Shown here: piece after piece, positions 51,432-64,000 of the stretch
Position numbering within the stretch: position 1 is the first letter of the stretch
Layout of the letters: every line of letters begins with the position of its first letter
Assembly (NCBI RefSeq): GCF_001194135.2
Contig: NC_068984.1
Location: forward strand, 24,449,671 to 24,513,670
Direction of reading: 5' to 3'
Length of the DNA stretch: 64,000 bases
From: Octopus bimaculoides
Taxonomy: Eukaryota
The notes under the pieces: model-generated
What the model was told of the DNA's origin: nothing
The model's database searches: none
The model's input: the letters and a program-made list of their open reading frames with translations, nothing else
Translations under genes and position numbers: made by a program

Positions 51432-51758
51432 AGTTGGCTCAGTGGTTAGGGCAGCAGATTCGCGGTCATAGGATCGCGGTTTCGATTCTCAGACTGGGCG
51501 TTGTGTGTGTTTATTGAGTGAAAACACCTAAAGCTCCACGAGGCTCCAGCAGGGGATGGTGGCAAACCCTGCTGTACTCTTTCACCACAACTTTCTCTCA
51601 CTCTTACTTCCTGTTTCTGTTGTGCCTGTAATTCAAAGGGCCAGCCTCGTCACACTGTCACGCTGAATATCCCCGAGAACTACGTTAAGGGTACACGTGT
51701 CTGTGGAGTGCTCAGCCACTTGCACGTTAATTTCACGAGCAGGCTGTTCCGTTGATCG
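51432..51758 (+). mobile_element. tRNA-derived SINE, well preserved, distinct 3' region
   Basis: TGGCTCAGTGGTTAGGGC (A box), GGTTTCGATTC (B box); 3' TTAATTTCACGAGCAGGCTGTTCCGTTGATCGGATCAAC. Confidence 0.7.
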
Positions 51759-52778
51759 GATCAACTTGAACCCTCAACGTCGTAAGTGACGGAGTGCTCT
51801 TCCATTCCTTCCATGTGTATTTAGTCTTACTATTTCATCATGTAGTATTGCCCAAGGCAATTGACTAACAGATTTTAATTTAAGTGTGACAACAATTCAG
51901 TACAAATAATTGCAGATTTGAACAGCTGTCACAATGAAAATTCATTAAAAACAAAACAAACAAAAAAAAAACTTTTTTGTTAGAGTAATTCAGAATCAAA
52001 GTTGTGTAGTTTCTCTTTGTATGTCATGATCAGCAATCAGTTCACTGCCTCTGGATTGATTTTATCTGAACATCAGTGCGGAGAAGCTACTGAGGATATA
52101 TTGCTAATGTCAGTATACCACTGCTGATGAGAAAATGTTTCTTTGAAGGCCTTTCAATGATATAAAATGTACTGCTGTTGCGGTGATTACTGGACAAGGT
52201 TGCTGCAATAATTTAATGGAATTGTAATTATCACTTTAGCTTTACACACAGAATTTCTTGACAATTTGAAGAATTGCAAAGAATGCCGTGTATGCTAATT
52301 GTTATTTCAAATCTGATCTCATAAAAGAAGCAATATATAACTGAGTAATTTTGTTTAGCATCATTAAAAATATTGGCATTTTTTTTTACACTGTTTCACA
52401 TTCTTTTCCCTACGTTAGCTAAAATTGCTGGCCTTGTGCCAAAATTTGAAACTATTATTATTAAGGCAGTAAATTGGCAGAATTATAAGCATGTTGGATG
52501 AAACGCTTAGCAATATTTCTTCCAAATCTTTATGTTTTGTGTTCAAATACAAGGTCAACTTTGCCTTTCTTCTTTTGGGGGTCAAAAAAATAAAGTACCA
52601 ATCAAGAACTGAGATCAATGTAATTCGTTTGACTCCTCTCCTCACAATTGCTGGCCTTATATCAAATTTTGAAAGAATTATTACTGCTATTGTTATCATT
52701 CTTATAAAGTGTCAATCAATGCTGGGATTAATAAAATTGATTATCTTTCTCCTTCACATTTCAGACCTTGTACCAATA

Positions 52779-52993
52779 CTCTTTTACTCTTTCATTTGTT
52801 TCAGTCATTTGACTGCAGCCATGCTGGAGCACCACCTTTAGTCGAATAAATCGACCCCAAGACTTATTCTTTGTAAGCTTAGTACTTATTCCATTGGTCT
52901 CTTATGCTGAACCACTAAGTTACGGGGATGTAAACACACTGTCAGTTGTCAAAGTGATGGTGGGGAGACAAACACAGACACACAAATACATAC

Positions 52994-53044
<51 letters not shown>
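52779..53044 (-). mobile_element. SINE family A, 3' half (head lost in gap)
   Basis: Reverse complement of the tail and distal domain. Confidence 0.8.
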
Positions 53045-53348
53045 NNNNNNNNNNNNNNNNNNNNNNNNNNNNNNNNNNNNNNNNNNNNNNNNNNNNNNNN
53101 NNNNNNNNNNNNNNNNNNNNNNNNNNNNNNNNNNNNNNNNNNNNNNNNNNNNNNNNNNNNNNNNNNNNNNNNNNNNNNNNNNNNNNNNNNNNNNNNNNNN
53201 NNNNNNNNNNNNNNNNNNNNNNNNNNNNNNNNNNNNNNNNNNNNNNNNNNNNNNNNNNNNNNNNNNNNNNNNNNNNNNNNNNNNNNNNNNNNNNNNNNNN
53301 NNNNNNNNNNNNNNNNNNNNNNNNNNNNNNNNNNNNNNNNNNNNNNNN

Positions 53349-53496
53349 TGAGTGGTAAGAAGCTTGCTTCCCAACCACATGGTTCAAGGTTCTGTCCCAC
53401 CATGTGGCATCTTGGGCAAGTGTCTTCTACTACAGCCTTGGGCCAACCAAAGCCTTCTGAGTGGATTTGTGAGATAGAAACTGAAAGAAGCCTGTC

Positions 53497-53533
<37 letters not shown>

Positions 53534-53740
53534 TGTGTCTGTATTTGTTCCCCCACCATTGCTTGACAACTGATGTTGGTGTGTTTACGTCCCCGTAACT
53601 TAGCAATTTGGCAAAAGAAACTGATAGAATAAGTACTAGGCTTACAAAGAATAAGTCCTGGGGTCGATTTGTTCGACTAAAGGTGGTGCTCCAGCATGGT
53701 TGCAGTCAAATGACTGAAACAAATAAAAGAGTAAAAGAGT
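53349..53740 (+). mobile_element. SINE family A copy
   Basis: Homology to 45467-45864. Confidence 0.85.
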
Positions 53741-54610
53741 ATGTATGTATGTATCATCTCTTTCTCTTTTTAATTTAGAATAAAGTTTGACCAACCACCT
53801 ATTTAGTAGCAAGACTGTAAAAGAAAGCAACTTGTCTTAACCATCATCTTATAAAACTTAACAAGGTCTTGCAGAGTTTTAAAGTCTTGGACATCATGAT
53901 AATTTATATCATATAAATTAAGGATTTGTATTCTCTCCCCAAGATCCCAATATATGCATGTATGTATGTATGTCTTTATGCTTGTCCCCTCACCAGACTT
54001 AAAAAATAAGTACTGGGGTTGATTTGTTCAACTAAACCTTCAACGTGGTGTCCAGTATGGCTGTAATCCAATGACTGTAACAAGTAAAAGATAAAAGATG
54101 AATGATTTATATTCTTAGGGCAAATCCATTGGCCATCATGTTTACTTTTGATTCTTCATGGGGTCAATCTAATGGTGTATCAATCAAATTTGGGATTTGA
54201 TTTAATTACTTTCCCTTCTCCAGGAATATGAAGCACTGTGCCTCTGTAAGAAATCATTATAAATATGTTATTAACATTTATCATTTCTTTTTTTATTAAT
54301 ATCTTTATACACAGATACGTTTGCCAAAATCTAAAATAAGCACATACCCTCTCCCCCTTCCTTCACCCCCTTGCTATTGATTACGGATCTTACTTTGTGA
54401 TATTGATTGTTATCAGACAATAGTAAATGCATAGGTTTACTTAATTCTTCAATTTTGGTGCAGTCACTGAAGATTTGGCAGAATCTCAATATCTTACCTT
54501 TTGCCATTTGTGTCTTGTATCTTAAAAACATGAGTAGTAGTATGCAAACAATCTGGGTGCATCTATGTAATTATATACACACACGCAAATGCATGTATAC
54601 AAATGTTTAT

Positions 54611-54690
54611 ATACACACACATACATGTGTATACACACACATACATGTGTATACACACACATACATGTGTATACACACACATACATATGT
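54611..54690 (+). repeat. 20-bp minisatellite (ATACACACACATACATGTGT) x4
   Basis: Three perfect units and one with a single substitution. Confidence 0.9.
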
Positions 54691-54704
54691 GCCTTCTGGT
54701 ATGT

Positions 54705-55048
54705 TTATTAAAAAGTGAATGAGAGTGACAAGACTGGTGAGGCTGAATGGATCAACTCTGAGTATACTTTTCTAAGTAGGAAGAAAGAAATTGGAAGATG
54801 GCACTTCCCATGCCTTGGGAATGGCGGAGTAATCCAGGACATTTTGAAAAGAGTTTATCCTAAATTATCTGAAGTAGACTACCCCACTTTTGGGGATTCT
54901 ATTTATTTATTAAATATTTATTTTAATTCCTACTTTTATATTCTTTTGGTATGTCCTTTAATATCGTAGTGTCTCTCCTTCATCGATGTAAACCTCCACC
55001 TGTTTGTGTATTGCATCTTGTCTTGGGCCCTTGTGGCCAACAAAAGAA
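54705..55048 (+). mobile_element. 3' end of L1/Tx1-like element (related to 6309-6866)
   Basis: Aligns by eye to the reverse complement of ~6310-6660, including ...GGAATTGGA.A.GGCACTT and the terminal GCCCTTGTGGC.AA...GAAA(TTA)n. Confidence 0.6.
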
Positions 55049-55066
55049 ATTATTATTATTATTATT

Positions 55067-55535
55067 TCTTTTTATCACAGATTTTGTTAGAATTCCTGGA
55101 GTCATGCATGCATAGGAGACTTGCTGTCTGCAGCCTATGGTACCATGCTATCTGTTCTTTTCAACTGTCTAATACTTTCTTGATTATTCGGGCAGCACCA
55201 AGGAGGCAAACCTTTTGTAACAGTTCTTCCGGCACTCTATTCCAATTTCTTTTATATTCCTCTTGATGCCCTCTGATACTGTTCCCAAGAACCCAAAAAT
55301 AATTGGCACTATTTTCACCTTCTTCATTCTCCATAGCCGGGCTATTTCGTACTTAAGAGGGTTGTATTTATCTATTTTTTTCCGTTCCTTCTTGACTATT
55401 CATCTGATCTATTTGGATTCAGAAACCCCAGAGGATTTTGCAAGTCTCTGACTTTGCCACTCTCTGCAGTTTGTGCTCATACCACATCTTGCCTCTCTCA
55501 ACACAGTTTCCAATATCACCACAACTTGTAATAGT
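55067..55535 (-). mobile_element. 3' end of R4/Dong-like element (REL domain and 3' UTR)
   Basis: KIDKYNPLKYEIARLWRMKKVKIVPIIFGFLGTVS..., frameshift, ELLQKVCLLGAARIIKKVLDS* (stop 55161-55163). Confidence 0.8.
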
Positions 55536-55725
55536 TCTGGGCAAGTCTAGGGCATTCGTTCATATAAATTCTGTAAAGTGGTTGGCATCCAGCCGTAGAA
55601 ACCATGCCAAAAGAGACAGTAGAGGTTGGTGCATCCTTCTGACTTGCCAGTTCCTGTCAAACTGACCTACCCATGCCAATATGGAAAACAGACAGTGAAT
55701 GATGATGGTGATTATTATTATTATT

Positions 55726-56690
55726 GAGCTGGTAGAATTGTTACTGTACAAGACAAAATGCTAAGCAGCATTTTGTCTGTCTTTATGTTTCGAGGTCAAA
55801 TTCTGCTGAGGTCAACTTTGCATTTCGTTCTTTCAAGATCAATAAAATAAGTGCCACTGGGGTCGATGTAATCGATTTAGCTCCTTCCCAAAAACTGCTG
55901 GCTTTTTGCCAAAATTTGAAACGATTATTATTATTATTATTTATTATTATTATTATTAAGGTGGTGAGCTAGCAGAATCATTAGCATGCCAGGCAAAATG
56001 CTTAGCAGCATTTTGTCCATCCTTATGTTGTGAGTTCAAATTCGGTGTGGGTCAACTTTGCTTTTCATCCTTTCGGGGTTGATAAAATAAGTTGAACACT
56101 GGGTCAATGTAATCGACTTAGTTCATCCCCTGAACTTGCTGGCCTTGTGCCAAAATTTGAAACCATTAATATTATTTTGGTTTGACTCAGGTTTAGTCTT
56201 ATTCCTGGTAGGAATTATGTGGGTAGCGGGTTACTCCCTTTAACCTTAGTTTTCCACAAGTTTTCAGCAGTCGTTTGAGTGCTTAGAACCCTCCTGATAA
56301 TCCTTGCTGTCCCTAAGAGACAAACCTTCTCTAGGAGCTCCACCAGGCATTCTATCTCAATCTCCTTCAGCTATTTGTCTACATTATTATTGTTGTTGTT
56401 AGTGGTGGTGCTGTTGCTGTTGTTGTTGTTGTTGCTGCTGTTGCTGTTGTTGTTGATGTTGTTGTTGTTGCTAAGGTGGCGAGTGGGCAGGATCGTTAGC
56501 GTGCTGGACACAATGCTTAGCAGTATTTCAGCCGTCGCTACATTCTGAGTTTAAATTCCACCAAGGTCATCTTTGCTTTTCATCCTTTCTGGGTTGATAA
56601 ATTAAGTACCAGTGAAACACTGGGGTCAATATAATTGACTAGTCTCCACCCCATAAATCTGATGTCTTGTGCCTCCAGTAGAAAAGATTA
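55726..56690 (+). mobile_element. three head-to-tail SINE family B copies
   Basis: Copies at about 55726-55925, 55958-56168 and 56472-56690, separated by (TTA)n/(TTG)n. Confidence 0.8.
56190..56382 (-). mobile_element. third R4/Dong-like 3' fragment
   Basis: IECLVELLEKVCLLGTARIIRRVLS. Confidence 0.7.
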
Positions 56691-56918
56691 TTATTATTAT
56701 TATTACTATTATTACTATTATTATATTCCATATCTTACCTTATATCTAGAATATATGATCTGAAGTCAACAGGTCATTGATACATTGATGGATATTGCTG
56801 CTTACAAATAGTCAAACTGAAAATCCAGACATTTTATGCAAAACACTAATTATTTCATCAGGACATAAAATAAATAAATAGTCTACATAAACATACACGT
56901 TAATATTTATATATATTT

Positions 56919-56922
56919 ATGG

Positions 56923-56977
<55 letters not shown>

Positions 56978-57089
56978 CATGAGTGCATTCATGTTCCTGT
57001 GTGTATCTGTAATCACATGCACATACGCTTATATCCAAATATACACACACATATATATATATTTACATGTGTGTATGAATGTGTGTGTG

Positions 57090-57120
<31 letters not shown>

Positions 57121-57163
57121 ATATATATGTGTGTATGTCTCTATATATGTACACACACATGTT

Positions 57164-57212
<49 letters not shown>

Positions 57213-57340
57213 ATACATATGTATATGTGTGTGTATATATATGTATATATACACACATATATATATACATATATATATGTATATATATATGTATATATAT
57301 ATGTATATATATATATATGTGTGTGTATATGTATATATAT
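56919..57340. repeat. compound (TG)n/(TA)n microsatellite
   Basis: Direct reading. Confidence 0.9.
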
Positions 57341-58264
57341 TTCTATGGTGGGTGGGGGTGCACATACTTCTTCATGGATAAGTGGTTCATAGTAGCAAGA
57401 GCATTCAGCTGTAAAAACTATATTCCAACAAAAACTATCCTACCCTTAAAAACATGGGGGGAAAAATGAATACAAAATTGTAAAAGTAAAAATAAGTTTA
57501 GAATAAAATCAATATTCAGTCTGAGATGATCACTCTGTTTTTGCTGATGTTATTACTGTTGTATAATTTCGATCAGCCATCATTGAACAGATCTATATTG
57601 TACATTCAATGATCCAGATATATTGGAATACCACGTTGCAAATTCCAAAATACAGAGTTTATTGTGTGAAGTAGTCTGGACATGTTTCATATCCGCCATT
57701 GTCCTTCCAGACCTTGTATGTTTATAGCTTATGTTTGTATGTACAGCACCAGACTTCTGGTGGTTTGCTCTGCTTGAGAAGGCATGTCAAGCTAAGTAAA
57801 ATCATGGTTCTCCTTACATATAGACATGTCCCTTACATCCCTCTTCAGCTGAGCAATCCTAATCTTGTGGGTGCATAAAAAGTGTTTGTACTGGTGCCAT
57901 GTAAAAGCACCTGTGCCAATGCGACATAAAAGCACCCAATACATTCTGTAAAGTGGTTGGTGTTAGGAAGGGCATGCAGCTGTAGAAACCATGCCAAAAG
58001 AGACTTGGAGCCTGGACAGCTCTTCAGCTGGCCAGCTCCTGTCAGACCAGTCAACCCATGCCAGAATGGAAAATGGATGTTAGATGATGATGATGATCAT
58101 TGTCATGATGATGATGATGATGATGATGATGAGTGTTGGCTGAGAAGATAGATTTGATTGGGACATGATGGTTTTTCTGCACTGTCTTTATACAAAGTGC
58201 AATTCTAGAAGTTTTTAGACATTTTCAGGAGAGACATTTACCAATTTCAAAGAAGCACACAACT

Positions 58265-58460
58265 CTAATCTCCTTCAAAGTACGATTCTCTGACTTCAAT
58301 GAACTTGTAGCGTTCCTGTCACTTTATGAAGGTTCAATGGAAGTTGTCCAAAGTGAAGGTGACCAGGATCCTTGTCACAGCTTCCTTCGTCTTCTCCTTC
58401 AGCTTGAGGGACAACTAAAAGTCACAAGGAGCAAGGTCTGATCTGTAGGGAGAGTGGTAT
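58265..58460 (-). mobile_element. mariner transposase C-terminal remnant (different subfamily from 30942)
   Basis: HSPYRSDLAPCDF*LSLKLKE..KEAVTRILVTFTLDNFH...RYKFIEVRESYFEGD*. Confidence 0.7.
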
Positions 58461-59289
58461 TGAGCAGAATATTTATTATAACAATATTCCTGCTTCAGCA
58501 ACTCAGCACCGAATCTGTCTGAAATGTAATGGAAAATAGGTCAGTTTCAAAACATTAATGTCCAAGTAACAAAAGCAAAGTTTGAAGAGAATAGTGATCA
58601 TTTCTTTTGATTTCTGGATAGAAGCAAATAGGAAATAATACTGACCAATGACAAAAAAAAAAATTCATTACTCAATGTTATTGTACACAGAAGCATTTAT
58701 GATTGTGTGGTTAAAAAACTTGGCTCCAAACTACATGATATCAGGTTCAGTCCCCTGTGTAGCATCTTGAGCAAGTATCTTCTAATATAGCTTTAAGCAA
58801 ACCAAAACCTTGGGAATGGATTTGGCCAATGGAAACTGAAAGAAGTGTATTGTTTCTGCATCCCTCCACCTTCCCCAACTCATGTATCATTGATCATCCC
58901 CAACCCCTTATCCACTAAACCCTACATCCATACTTCAATCCTACCTGATCTTAACAGTTGTTGCCTACCTCCCTTTTGCCTCTCCTCTTCCATTCCTCCA
59001 TCTCTTGTTTCCCCGATACACTCTTGCAAACCCGTCTTCACCCATATTCCTAGCTTCTCTGTCCCCACTCACTTCTCACCTCATATCTTTAGGTGGGTGG
59101 GGGCATCTGGACACCTCATCACCACTTTTTATTTGTTTGCAGTTAGCTCCACCTGATCATTCTCTCCATTCTCTTCAAATGTGAGTAGCCATGTAGTTCC
59201 TAATCAGTTAGAGCCTGCTCTGTTTCCTTCTCTCATACTTTAAAACCCTTCATCTCCAAGCTAAAAGCCACCTCTCTGTATGAGCTGTA

Positions 59290-59610
59290 TAGCAACCTTA
59301 CTAGTGCCATGGATTATTATTGCATATTCTCATTTGAAACTGCTTCACCACCTCATCCCAGGTCTTTCTGGGTCTGCCTCTTCCACAAGTTCCATCAACC
59401 ACTAGGGTGTGGCACTTTTTCACACAGCTATCCTCATCCATTCTTGCCACATGACCATACAGCGCAATCGTCTCTCTTGCACACCACAACTGATGCTTCT
59501 AAAGTTCAATTTTTCTTTCAAGGTACTTACACTCTGTCGAGTATGCACACAGACATTACACATCCATTGGAGCATACTGGCTTCATTCCTTGCGAGCTTA
59601 TGCATATATA
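59290..59610 (-). mobile_element. RTE LINE RT C-terminal fragment
   Basis: ARNEASMLQWMCNVCVHTRQSVSTLKEKLNFRSISCGVQERRLR / YGHVARMDEDSCVKKCHTLVVDGTCGRGRPRKTWDEVVK. Confidence 0.85.
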
Positions 59611-59707
59611 TGTATATATAATTAGAGGATATGTTAACTTCATAGAGGGATGAATGCATACCTAATATTTTTGGGGAATACATTAAGCATATAGTCTATA
59701 TCTATTT

Positions 59708-60043
59708 AGAAAAAAAGAGAAGAAAATGGGTATAAGGAAGTTAGTAATTGTTAATAAAGAAGTTAATAATTGAGATAAGGAAGTTAATAATTGAGTCTAA
59801 TTGAGATAAGGAAGTTAGTAATTGAGTCTGCTGAAATGAATTGACAGGTCCACATACAACATCTAAAGGTTAAACTTTTTTTTTTTTCTGATGAAATTAT
59901 ACTCATGTCACATAAATGTAAATTTAATGTGCAAATTTGTAATTAAATTATTGAGTATTAATTGAAACGGCTGTAAGAAATATTAACCAATTTGTTAATA
60001 ATAAACAATTATTAACTTCCTTATCTCCATTTTCTTTTTTCCT
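59708..60043. mobile_element. foldback-like MITE with iterated subterminal motif
   Basis: ATAAGGAAGTTA(A/G)TAATTG about four times at 59732-59824 and inverted at 60006-60027; A-rich and T-rich outer arms also complementary. Confidence 0.45.
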
Positions 60044-61356
60044 TTAAATNNNNNNNNNNNNNNNNNNNNNNNNNNNNNNNNNNNNNNNNNNNNNNNNNNN
60101 NNNNNNNNNNNNNNNNNNNNNNNNNNNNNNNNNNNNNNNNNNNNNNNNNNNNNNNNNNNNNNNNNNNNNNNNNNNNNNNNNNNNNNNNNNNNNNNNNNNN
60201 NNNNNNNNNNNNNNNNNNNNNNNNNNNNNNNNNNNNNNNNNNNNNNNNNNNNNNNNNNNNNNNNNNNNNNNNNNNNNNNNNNNNNNNNNNNNNNNNNNNN
60301 NNNNNNNNNNNNNNNNNNNNNNNNNNNNNNNNNNNNNNNNNNNNNNNNNNNNNNNNNNNNNNNNNNNNNNNNNNNNNNNNNNNNNNNNNNNNNNNNNNNN
60401 NNNNNNNNNNNNNNNNNNNNNNNNNNNNNNNNNNNNNNNNNNNNNNNNNNNNNNNNNNNNNNNNNNNNNNNNNNNNNNNNNNNNNNNNNNNNNNNNNNNN
60501 NNNNNNNNNNNNNNNNNNNNNNNNNNNNNNNNNNNNNNNNNNNNNNNNNNNNNNNNNNNNNNNNNNNNNNNNNNNNNNNNNNNNNNNNNNNNNNNNNNNN
60601 NNNNNNNNNNNNNNNNNNNNNNNNNNNNNNNNNNNNNNNNNNNNNNNNNNNNNNNNNNNNNNNNNNNNNNNNNNNNNNNNNNNNNNNNNNNNNNNNNNNN
60701 NNNNNNNNNNNNNNNNNNNNNNNNNNNNNNNNNNNNNNNNNNNNNNNNNNNNNNNNNNNNNNNNNNNNNNNNNNNNNNNNNNNNNNNNNNNNNNNNNNNN
60801 NNNNNNNNNNNNNNNNNNNNNNNNNNNNNNNNNNNNNNNNNNNNNNNNNNNNNNNNNNNNNNNNTTGAAAGGTGTAGTGGTGTCACCAAAATGTGGTATG
60901 TTTTTGTTTAGTGTCGGTGCGATAGGCATGTGTTTGCCTGTGAAATGACAAAGTGATAACTGGTTCAACTATAACATTTTTTTATTTGCTGGTGTTAATA
61001 AATAATATTTGCCACTACGTTCAATTTTGGCAACTTGCTTCGAGTTGCTAGAAAAATGATGGAACCAGGATACATCTGGAGTTGATGTACCCTAAGACTA
61101 AATATGTTTGTGTGTGTGTTCATTCTTTCATCTTGAAGGGCAAGGCAAAAGATCTCTGTCTTGGTAGTAGCAGAGCACTGGTTCAGTCTGCGAGCATCAC
61201 AGTCTCCGTCTGTCTGTGTCTCCCTGTGTCATGTTGACCACTCTATTTATAAGAATCGTGGCAGCTAGAAGGATGGACATGCTGCAGCAGGCTTAGTACC
61301 TAAGTAAGTCAATTGCTGTCCAGTTGAACTTCGCCTGACATCTATGAGGTCGAAGG

Positions 61357-61760
61357 TTAAAGGGAGATGATCAATCACTTTTTGACAGGACAAAGAAAAC
61401 CTGCTTTTCGCGCCTGTTGATCGAGGTGGTTTGGACGACCAAGAATTCTTAGATTCGGTTTCGAATCTAGGCTTGGAGAAGAAAGTGTTAATTTTTACAA
61501 AGGTATTCGTATAAAATTTCATTAAAAAATATCTATTTTCCAGAAAGTTACGAGGAGGAAAATGTCAGGTCGTGTGAATTTTCCGAAACTCCTCTCTCCC
61601 AACCCCTCAGAAAATTGTCTTCCAACTTAACTTTGCATACACTCAATCTACAGGATATAAGCGATTATTTGGTGAAAGTTTCGTTAAAAAGTATCCATTT
61701 TTCTGGAAGTTGTGACGCAACAAAATCGGTGGGGTATTAAACTGCAGTTATGTCTTTTTC
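61357..61760 (+). mobile_element. probable non-autonomous DNA transposon (Kolobok-like start)
   Basis: TTAA|AGGGAGATGATC start and two AAA(A/G)TTTC.TTAAAAA.TATC.ATTTT..GAAGTT motifs common in DNA-transposon derivatives; matching right TIR not seen. Confidence 0.3.
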
Positions 61761-63687
61761 TAATAAAAATTAACGTTAACGGATTAACGTTAATTTCCGT
61801 TACATTTTCAAAGAATTAACGATTAACGAAGGTTACTTTTCTATTATCAATCAACGATGGTAACTTTTCGATTAACAAGTTAGAAATTAAGTTTTTGACT
61901 CCAAACTCAAACGAAACTATGTTTACTAAAATGTATTAACTAAAAAGTTGCTAACATTCTTTTTTCTTTGTATTATAGTCCCCCCCCCCCCACTGTGAAA
62001 CATTTTCTTTTATGACCTCTGCCTCATGTCCCACAAACTGTCTGTCTTTAGATATGAAATTGAATATTTCAAATGATGTTAAATTCTTTGTAGAAACAAA
62101 ATTTGTTTCCAATTAATGTCCAAGGCCAACAATTTTGAAGAGAAAGGGATAATTTGATACAACGACGCCAGTATTTGACTGGTGCTGTATTTTATTGATT
62201 CAGAAGGATGATAGGTAAAGCTGACTTGGATATGATTTGAACTCAGAATGTAAAGCCACCTCGATGGAATTTAAATACAGAAAGTAAACAATAATGATTT
62301 CAAGTTTCAGCACAAGGCCAGTAATTTTAGGGGCGAAGATAAGTTGATTGCATCGACTCCAATGTTCAACTGGTACTCAATTTTTTGACCCCCGAAAAGA
62401 TGAAAGCAAAGTCAACCTCGGTGGAATTTGAACTCAGAACGTAAAGAACTGGAAAGAATACTACTGAGCATTTTGTCCGATGCATGAACGATTCTGTTAG
62501 CTCACAGCCTTCAGAAAGTAATAATAATTAATTATAACCATTACTTTCAAAATATTGAGGGGTATATACGCTGTATAGTCATGATGCATACACAGTGACT
62601 TCCCTTGAGATACATAGGCCGATGAGCTCCCATGCCTTCTAGCAGTTGTAACACACGCGCCCACACGCGTAAAATTTCAGATGTAAGGGAGACAACAGCG
62701 TTGGCTATTGTTTCTGCCACTAACTAAAGTAAACTTAAATTTTAGAGAATGGTTTATAATGTTTAATTATCTCGTGCTCTTAGCATTAAATAGTTGACTA
62801 GAAATGATTAGGTGGTGAGAAAAAATATTATCAATGACTACTGGGACTAATGACATCTTAAGCTAATTTTAACGTATTTTAATGAAAGGACTATCAGAAA
62901 GCCTACGTGAATGTTTGTGAATGTATGTGAATGTTTGTATGTGTGATTATTATGTACCTTATTTATATGTAAGATACTACAATTAGCTGTCATTTATGGC
63001 GGCACAGGCTCAGCTAGTACATAATAACTTAGGAGGAAATTGTGACATTCAGGCCTTTCTAATATCAATAACAGCTGTAAAGTAAAATAATTACAAAACA
63101 GGAACTGAAACCAGCATCCTGATTAATTTCACAAGGATGAGTCAATAAGGGAGTTTCTATGTGATCACTCAACCTGCTAGAAATAGTAACCATATTCCCT
63201 TAAATTGCATGCTACCCTCTGAAAGAAAGGAAGGATATATTGGACAATGTAGTCCTAGATATACAGAAAAACAAAAGAAAACAAAATAGGATGGCCATAC
63301 TTGGAATGCCTTTCATCATAGAAGACTGCTCAATTAGAGATAACATAGAATTAAACAACAATAATATCTTGTAAAAAATCATACATCTATTGTACAGCAT
63401 AGACCAAACAATCATAAGGCTGATACAAGACTTCAAATGAGACAAGAGGAAGAAAATGGTAACTTTTAATGATAATAACTTATTTTCCTTAGGAATCAAA
63501 AATATCAACAATTAATAAATGCTATCTACTCTAATGTAGCAGTAATGCTAATATACAGATATATTTTTAGTAATTGAATTTTAATTAGAAATTAAAATAT
63601 ATATTAACTTTAATATCAAGTTCCAACTTTTTTTCAAGTTTCTAATAGAATCTATGTTTATGACATTTAATAATACGACACTTTTAA

Positions 63688-63900
63688 CCCTTTAACATTT
63701 AACTGACTGTATCAAACCCAAATATTTTATCTGTTTTGTGTTCAAACCATCCAGATCTGGCTGCTCACCCTTACCCTAAAATGTCATTCTAAAAATAATC
63801 ACATCAGTGAAATTTTGAAGCTATGAACTAATAATTGATTAATTGAAAACAATGTGAATAAATAAGCATGACTCTTGACAGTAATTTGAATATTAAAAGG
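63688..63900. mobile_element. piggyBac-type MITE
   Basis: TTAA|CCCTTTAACATT...AATATTAAAAGG|TTAA. Confidence 0.7.
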
Positions 63901-64000
63901 TTAAAGACTATTTACTCAATCTGGTTGCTTGACTGTAAGCCTTTAATTTATAAACGCGGTATTCAATTTCCTCTCCAGACAGGTTAGGATTAATTACAGT

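Noticed and set aside
60021-60968. Longest ORFs in the track (315 and 281 aa)
   Set aside because: Almost entirely an assembly gap translated as X.

Overview
AT-rich, microsatellite-dense, gapped eukaryotic scaffold. It most likely comes from an Octopus genome: this is inferred from the recurring RTE 3' tail ending CCATGCCAGCATGGAAAGCGGACGTTAAACGATGATGAT and tRNA-derived SINE families that I recall as octopod; it was not verified by search. I find no host protein-coding gene I can support, and nearly all ORF-track entries are translated microsatellites or N-gaps. The window reads as intron or intergenic DNA filled with SINEs, RTE, R4/Dong-like and L1/Tx1-like LINE fragments, a mariner pseudogene fused to a Penelope-like element, and several MITEs. 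Main observations: (1) three type I hammerhead ribozyme motifs plus one degenerate candidate, including a core-intact motif at 48687-48733 in apparently non-repeat DNA; (2) the same tail-to-tail R4-like/Tx1-like retrotransposon pairing on an (AAT)n microsatellite at two loci; (3) a perfect 212-bp inverted duplication with a fold-back junction; (4) two unrelated short palindromic elements that each enclose (CCCTAA)n telomere-like repeats. Element boundaries were read by eye and are approximate unless base-level pairing is given.
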